The position numbers were made by a program, and so were the translations under genes. Positions 35,403 to 39,472 of a stretch of DNA of 39,472 bases are shown piece after piece. Position 1 is the first letter of the stretch. Each line of letters starts with the position of its first letter. The notes beneath the pieces were generated by a model that searched no databases, was not told the DNA's origin, and was given only the letters and a program-made list of their open reading frames with translations. Where the stretch lies: assembly GCA_031999925.1 (NCBI GenBank), contig DAMABW010000002.1, positions 3,085-42,556 of the forward strand, given 5' to 3'. Source of the DNA: Massilia sp. (GTDB lineage Bacteria > Pseudomonadota > Gammaproteobacteria > Burkholderiales > Burkholderiaceae_D).

Positions 35403-36430
35403 ATCCATTCACCTTTACCCAGGCAGACGACGCCCGGAAGGCCATCGGCGAGGTGGCCGGCAACGCCAGCTTCGCCGGCGAAGCCGTGCGCTTCATCGCC
35501 GGCGGCACCAACCTGCTCGACCTGATGAAAGAAGGCGTGATGGAATCGAGCCGCCTGGTCGACATCAACCGCCTGCCGCTCGATCGAATCGAGGAACAGG
35601 ACGGCGGCCTGCTGCTCGGCGCCACCGCGCGCAATGCCGACACCGCCTACCACCCGCTGGTGCGCGAGCGCTATCCGCTGCTCACCGCCGCGATCCTGGC
35701 CGGCGCTTCGCCCCAGCTGCGCAACATGGCCAGCAACGGCGGCAACCTGCTGCAGCGCACCCGCTGCTACTACTTCTACGATGTCGGCACGCCCTGCAAC
35801 AAGCGCGAGCCGAACACCGGCTGCGCGGCGCGCGAGGGCATCAACCGCCAGCACGCCATCCTCGGCACCAGCGAGCACTGCATCGCTACCCACCCGTCGG
35901 ACATGTGCGTGGCCCTGGCCGCGCTGGAAGCGACGGTGCACGTGGAATCGGCACGCGGCAAGCGCGACATCCCGTTCGCCGAATTCCACCGCCTGCCCGA
36001 CGAGGCGCCGCAGTACGACACCGTGCTCGAAGCCGACGAACTGATCACCGGCATCTCGCTGCCCGACGCGCGCCGTTACGCCGCCCACTCGGCCTACCTG
36101 AAGATCCGCGAGCGCCTGTCGTACGCGTTCGCCCTGGTGTCGGTGGCCGTCGGCCTGGATGTCGGCGCCGATGGCGCGATCAAGAGCGCGCGCATCGCCC
36201 TGGGCGGCGTGGCCCACAAGCCGTGGCGCCGGCCGGAAGCGGAAGCGCTGCTGGAAGGGAAGCAGCCCGACCCCGCGCTGTTCGGCCAGGTGGCCGACAA
36301 GCTGCTCGAAGGCGCACTGGGCCATGGCCACAACGACTTCAAGATCCGCCTGGCGCGCAACGCCATCGTGCGCGCACTGAAAACGGCGGTGGAAGGCACC
36401 GTCACCAATACCGGAGAGCGCAATGACTGA
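35399..36430 (+). CDS. Aldehyde oxidoreductase FAD subunit (PaoB/YagS-like)
   Basis: IAGGTNLLDLMK, GASPQLRNMA, RCYYF...CNKR...GC...CIATHPSD (4Fe-4S insertion), SYAFALVS. Confidence 0.92.
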   Translation: MNPFTFTQADDARKAIGEVAGNASFAGEAVRFIAGGTNLLDLMKEGVMESSRLVDINRLPLDRIEEQDGGLLLGATARNADTAYHPLVRERYPLLTAAILAGASPQLRNMASNGGNLLQRTRCYYFYDVGTPCNKREPNTGCAAREGINRQHAILGTSEHCIATHPSDMCVALAALEATVHVESARGKRDIPFAEFHRLPDEAPQYDTVLEADELITGISLPDARRYAAHSAYLKIRERLSYAFALVSVAVGLDVGADGAIKSARIALGGVAHKPWRRPEAEALLEGKQPDPALFGQVADKLLEGALGHGHNDFKIRLARNAIVRALKTAVEGTVTNTGERND

Positions 36431-38711
36431 TTTGATCCACGATCTACGCGCACCCGTTGCCGAACCGGGCACCGGCCAGGTGCGCACCGGCACCGCCGTC
36501 TCGCGCGTCGACGGCCGCGCGAAAGTCACCGGCGACGCCCGCTACGCCGCCGAACACTTCGCCCCCGACATGCTGTACGGCGTGGTGGTGAGCAGCACCG
36601 TGGCCAAGGGCCGCATCGTCACCATCGACGCCACCGAGGCGCTGGCCCTGGAAGGCGTGGTCGAGGTGATGAGCCACCTGAACCGCCCGAAAGTGCGCTC
36701 CTTCGACATCAGCTACAAGGACATGACGGCGCCGGCCGGTTCGCCCTTCCGCCCGTTCTACGACGACGGGGTGATCTACAGCGGCCAGCCGGTGGCCTTG
36801 GTGCTGGCCGAGACCTTCGAGGCCGCACGGCGCGGCGCCGCCCTGGTGCGCATCCACTACCACGAGGAAGCGCACGACACGCGCCTGACCGCGAACCTGG
36901 ACAAGGCCTACAAACCGCGTCCGCTGAAGGCCGGCTACGAGCCGCCGCCACCTGAAAAAGGCGACGCCGAAAAGGCCTGGCAGGCGGCGCCGGTGCGCAT
37001 CGAATCCGAGTTCCACCACGGCGTCGAGCACCACAATCCGCTGGAGCTGTTCGCGTCCACCGTGATCCGCGGCGAAGACGGCCACCTCACTATCTACGAC
37101 AAGACGCAAAGCTCGCAGAACAGCCGCTGGTACGTCTCGCACGTGTTCGGCCTCTCGAAGAACAAGGTCACGGTGCGCAACCCGTACGTGGGCGGCGCCT
37201 TCGGTTCCGGCCTGCGCCCGCAGTACCAGCTGACGCTGGCCGTGATGGCGTCGCTGAAGATGGAGCGCTCGGTGCGCGTGATGCTGACGCGCCAGCAGAT
37301 GTTCAGCTTCGGCCACCGTCCCGAGACCGTGCAGTACGTGAAGCTGGCGGCCGAGCAGGACGGCACGCTGACCTCGATCATGCACGACGCGATCGCCGAG
37401 ACCTCGCAGATCGAGGACTACGTCGAAGTCGTCGTCAACTGGTCGGGCCTGCTCTACGCCTGCGACAACATCAAGCTGGGCTACAAGCTGGTGAGCGTCG
37501 ACCAGTACACGCCGATCGACATGCGCGCCCCGGGCGCGGCGCACGGCACCCATGCGCTCGAAGTAGCGATGGACGAATTGGCCTATAAGCTGAAGATGGA
37601 CCCGCTGGCGCTGCGCCTGAAGAACTACGCCGAGCGCGCACCCATCGAGGACAAGCCCTTCTCGAGCAAGGAGCTGCGCGCCTGCTACGAGCAGGGCGCG
37701 GCGAAGTTCGGCTGGGACCGGCGTCCGCTCGAACCACGTTCGATGCGCGAAGGCTCGGAACTGGTCGGCTGGGGCATGGCCACCGGTGTCTGGGATGCGA
37801 TGCAGATGTTCGCCCGCGCCAGCGCCGTGATGCATGCCGACGGCCGCCTGGTGGTGTCGAGTGCCGCCACCGACATCGGTACCGGCACCTACACCGTGAT
37901 GGCGACGATTGCCGCCGAAGCGATGGGCCTGCCGCTCGAGCGCGTGACCTTCCAGCTGGGCGACTCGACCCTGCCGGTGGCGCCGATCGAAGGCGGTTCC
38001 TCGCACGTGACGACAGTCGGCTCGGCGGTGGCGGGCGTGTGCGACAAGCTGCGCCTGACGCTGCTGCGCTACGCGCAATCGGCGGCCGATTCGCCGTTCC
38101 GCGACAAGCGCTTGAAGGACGTGGAATTCGTCGACGGCGCCATGCGCCTGAAGAAGGATCCGCGCACCTGGATCTCGCTCGGCGCCATCGTGGCGGCGAC
38201 TGGCCGCGCGCAGCTGGAAGAGAAGTACCTGATGCTGCCGAACATGCTCAAGCAGCGCAAGTTCCGGCGCCTGGTGCACTCGGCGGTGTTCGTCGAGGCG
38301 CGCGTGGACGAGGAACTCGGCATCGTGCGCATCACGCGCGTGGTCAGCGCCATCGCGGCGGGACGCATCATGAACACCAAGACGGCAAGCAGTCAGATCG
38401 TCGGTGGCGTGGTGTGGGGCATCAGCCAGGCGCTGCACGAGGAAAGCCATACCGACCACCGCTTCGGGCGCTTCATGAACCACAACCTGTCCGAGTACCA
38501 CGTGGCGGTGAATGCCGACATCCACGACATCGACGTGATCTTCGTGGAAGAGGACGACCGCATCGTCAGCCGCCTGGGTGCCAAGGGCGTGGGCGAGATC
38601 GGGCTGGTGAGCGTGTCGGCGGCGGTAAGTAACGCCATCTTCCATGCCACCGGCAAGCGGATTCGCAGTACGCCGATCACGCCGGACAAGGTGTTGATGG
38701 GCGGGCCGTGA
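36423..38711 (+). CDS. Aldehyde oxidoreductase molybdopterin subunit (PaoC/YagR-like)
   Basis: SRVDGRAKVTG, VGGAFGSG, MRAPG, DIGTGT, GGS, GAKGVGEIG. Confidence 0.92.
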   Translation: MTDLIHDLRAPVAEPGTGQVRTGTAVSRVDGRAKVTGDARYAAEHFAPDMLYGVVVSSTVAKGRIVTIDATEALALEGVVEVMSHLNRPKVRSFDISYKDMTAPAGSPFRPFYDDGVIYSGQPVALVLAETFEAARRGAALVRIHYHEEAHDTRLTANLDKAYKPRPLKAGYEPPPPEKGDAEKAWQAAPVRIESEFHHGVEHHNPLELFASTVIRGEDGHLTIYDKTQSSQNSRWYVSHVFGLSKNKVTVRNPYVGGAFGSGLRPQYQLTLAVMASLKMERSVRVMLTRQQMFSFGHRPETVQYVKLAAEQDGTLTSIMHDAIAETSQIEDYVEVVVNWSGLLYACDNIKLGYKLVSVDQYTPIDMRAPGAAHGTHALEVAMDELAYKLKMDPLALRLKNYAERAPIEDKPFSSKELRACYEQGAAKFGWDRRPLEPRSMREGSELVGWGMATGVWDAMQMFARASAVMHADGRLVVSSAATDIGTGTYTVMATIAAEAMGLPLERVTFQLGDSTLPVAPIEGGSSHVTTVGSAVAGVCDKLRLTLLRYAQSAADSPFRDKRLKDVEFVDGAMRLKKDPRTWISLGAIVAATGRAQLEEKYLMLPNMLKQRKFRRLVHSAVFVEARVDEELGIVRITRVVSAIAAGRIMNTKTASSQIVGGVVWGISQALHEESHTDHRFGRFMNHNLSEYHVAVNADIHDIDVIFVEEDDRIVSRLGAKGVGEIGLVSVSAAVSNAIFHATGKRIRSTPITPDKVLMGGP

Positions 38712-38767
38712 ACGTAGTTTGCAAGCGCTGGCGGGGCTGTTGCCTGATCCGTTAGTGGTGGGTTGAA

Positions 38768-38904
38768 TCCGCGTGGGCACAAGTGCCCACCCTACGGTCA
38801 CTAGCGCGGCCCGGCCCACCCTACGGGACACGTAACGTATCCGGGTTTCGTATGAACTCGCCCGTAGCGATTACCGTAGGGTGGGCACTCCGTGCCCACG
38901 CGGA
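38768..38904. repeat. REP cluster (family A): inverted doublet plus an internal remnant
   Basis: Reverse-complement copy at 38768-38795, remnant GGCCCACCCTAC at 38813-38824, forward GTAGGGTGGGCACTCCGTGCCCACGCGGA at 38876-38904. Confidence 0.85.
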
Positions 38905-38980
38905 TCATGCACACCACAAGCTGCACACGCAACAGCGCCACGTTTTCCAATTGACCATCGCACGAAACAGGGAAACCAAC

Positions 38981-39472
38981 ATGGCAATCCAACCCAACGG
39001 CAAAGCTGCCATCGTCACCGGCGCCTCGCGCGGCATCGGCCGCGCCATCGCCCTGCGCCTGGCACGCGAAGGCATCGCGGTCGCCGTCAACTACGCCAGC
39101 CGCGCGCACGACGCCGAGGCGGTCGTTGCGGAAATCGAAGCCGCCGGCGGCCGCGCGATCGCGCTGCAGGGCGACGTGGCGCAGGCCGCCGACTGCACGC
39201 GCCTGTTCGACGCGGCCGAGGCGGCGTTCGGCGCCATCGACATCGTGGTCAACAACGCCGGCGTGATCCAGCCCGGCACCACCATGCTGGCCGATACCGA
39301 TGACGCGCTGTACGAGCGCATCTTCGCCATCAACACGCGCGGCACCTTCCACATGCTGCGCCTGGCCGCCGCGCGCCTGCGCCAGGGCGGACGCGTCGTC
39401 AACTTCTCGACCAGCGCCATCGGCCTGGCGATGCCGGGCTATGCCGTGTATGCGGGCGCGAAGGCGGCGGTC
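38981..39472 (+). CDS. Classical SDR-family oxidoreductase (partial, runs off window)
   Basis: Not in the ORF track because it has no stop; MAIQPNGKAAIVTGASRGIG, VNNAG, NFSTS, YAGAK (YxxxK). Confidence 0.9.
   Translation, partial: MAIQPNGKAAIVTGASRGIGRAIALRLAREGIAVAVNYASRAHDAEAVVAEIEAAGGRAIALQGDVAQAADCTRLFDAAEAAFGAIDIVVNNAGVIQPGTTMLADTDDALYERIFAINTRGTFHMLRLAAARLRQGGRVVNFSTSAIGLAMPGYAVYAGAKAAV

Overview
GC-rich chromosomal window. The gene set and REP types suggest a betaproteobacterium, probably Oxalobacteraceae/Massilia-like (inference). I saw no rRNA, tRNA, CRISPR array, integrase or transposase. The main feature is a tightly coupled 16-gene plus-strand cluster (3154-18300) encoding a type IV filament (T2SS/MSHA-like) machine with its own signalling circuit. 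In order: PAS histidine kinase, stand-alone receiver, GAF/HD-GYP phosphodiesterase, assembly ATPase with a STAS + MshEN (c-di-GMP-binding) N-terminus, GspF/PilC platform, five pilins (the last, K/PilX-like, fused to a DNRLRE/CBM96-like domain), membrane GGDEF cyclase, PilM/N/O-like proteins, an MshK/PilP-like protein and a short secretin. A PEP-CTERM gene with a sigma54 promoter, enhancer-like site and IHF-like site follows. The rest holds a PaaI thioesterase, SUV3-like helicase, ybeD-lipB-lipA, a FecR/DUF6600 protein, RhtB exporter, HU paralogue, orphan BrnA-like antitoxin, YedI, SDR-DoxX/DUF2269, two MDR oxidoreductases, glutaminyl cyclase, a DUF6152/DUF6644 pair, a histidine phosphatase, LysR, PaoABC-like molybdoenzyme and a partial SDR. 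Two related GTAG-type REP families, a perfect 35-bp AT-rich palindrome and a 12-bp tandem repeat lie between genes. All family calls come from motif recognition by eye, not database searches.
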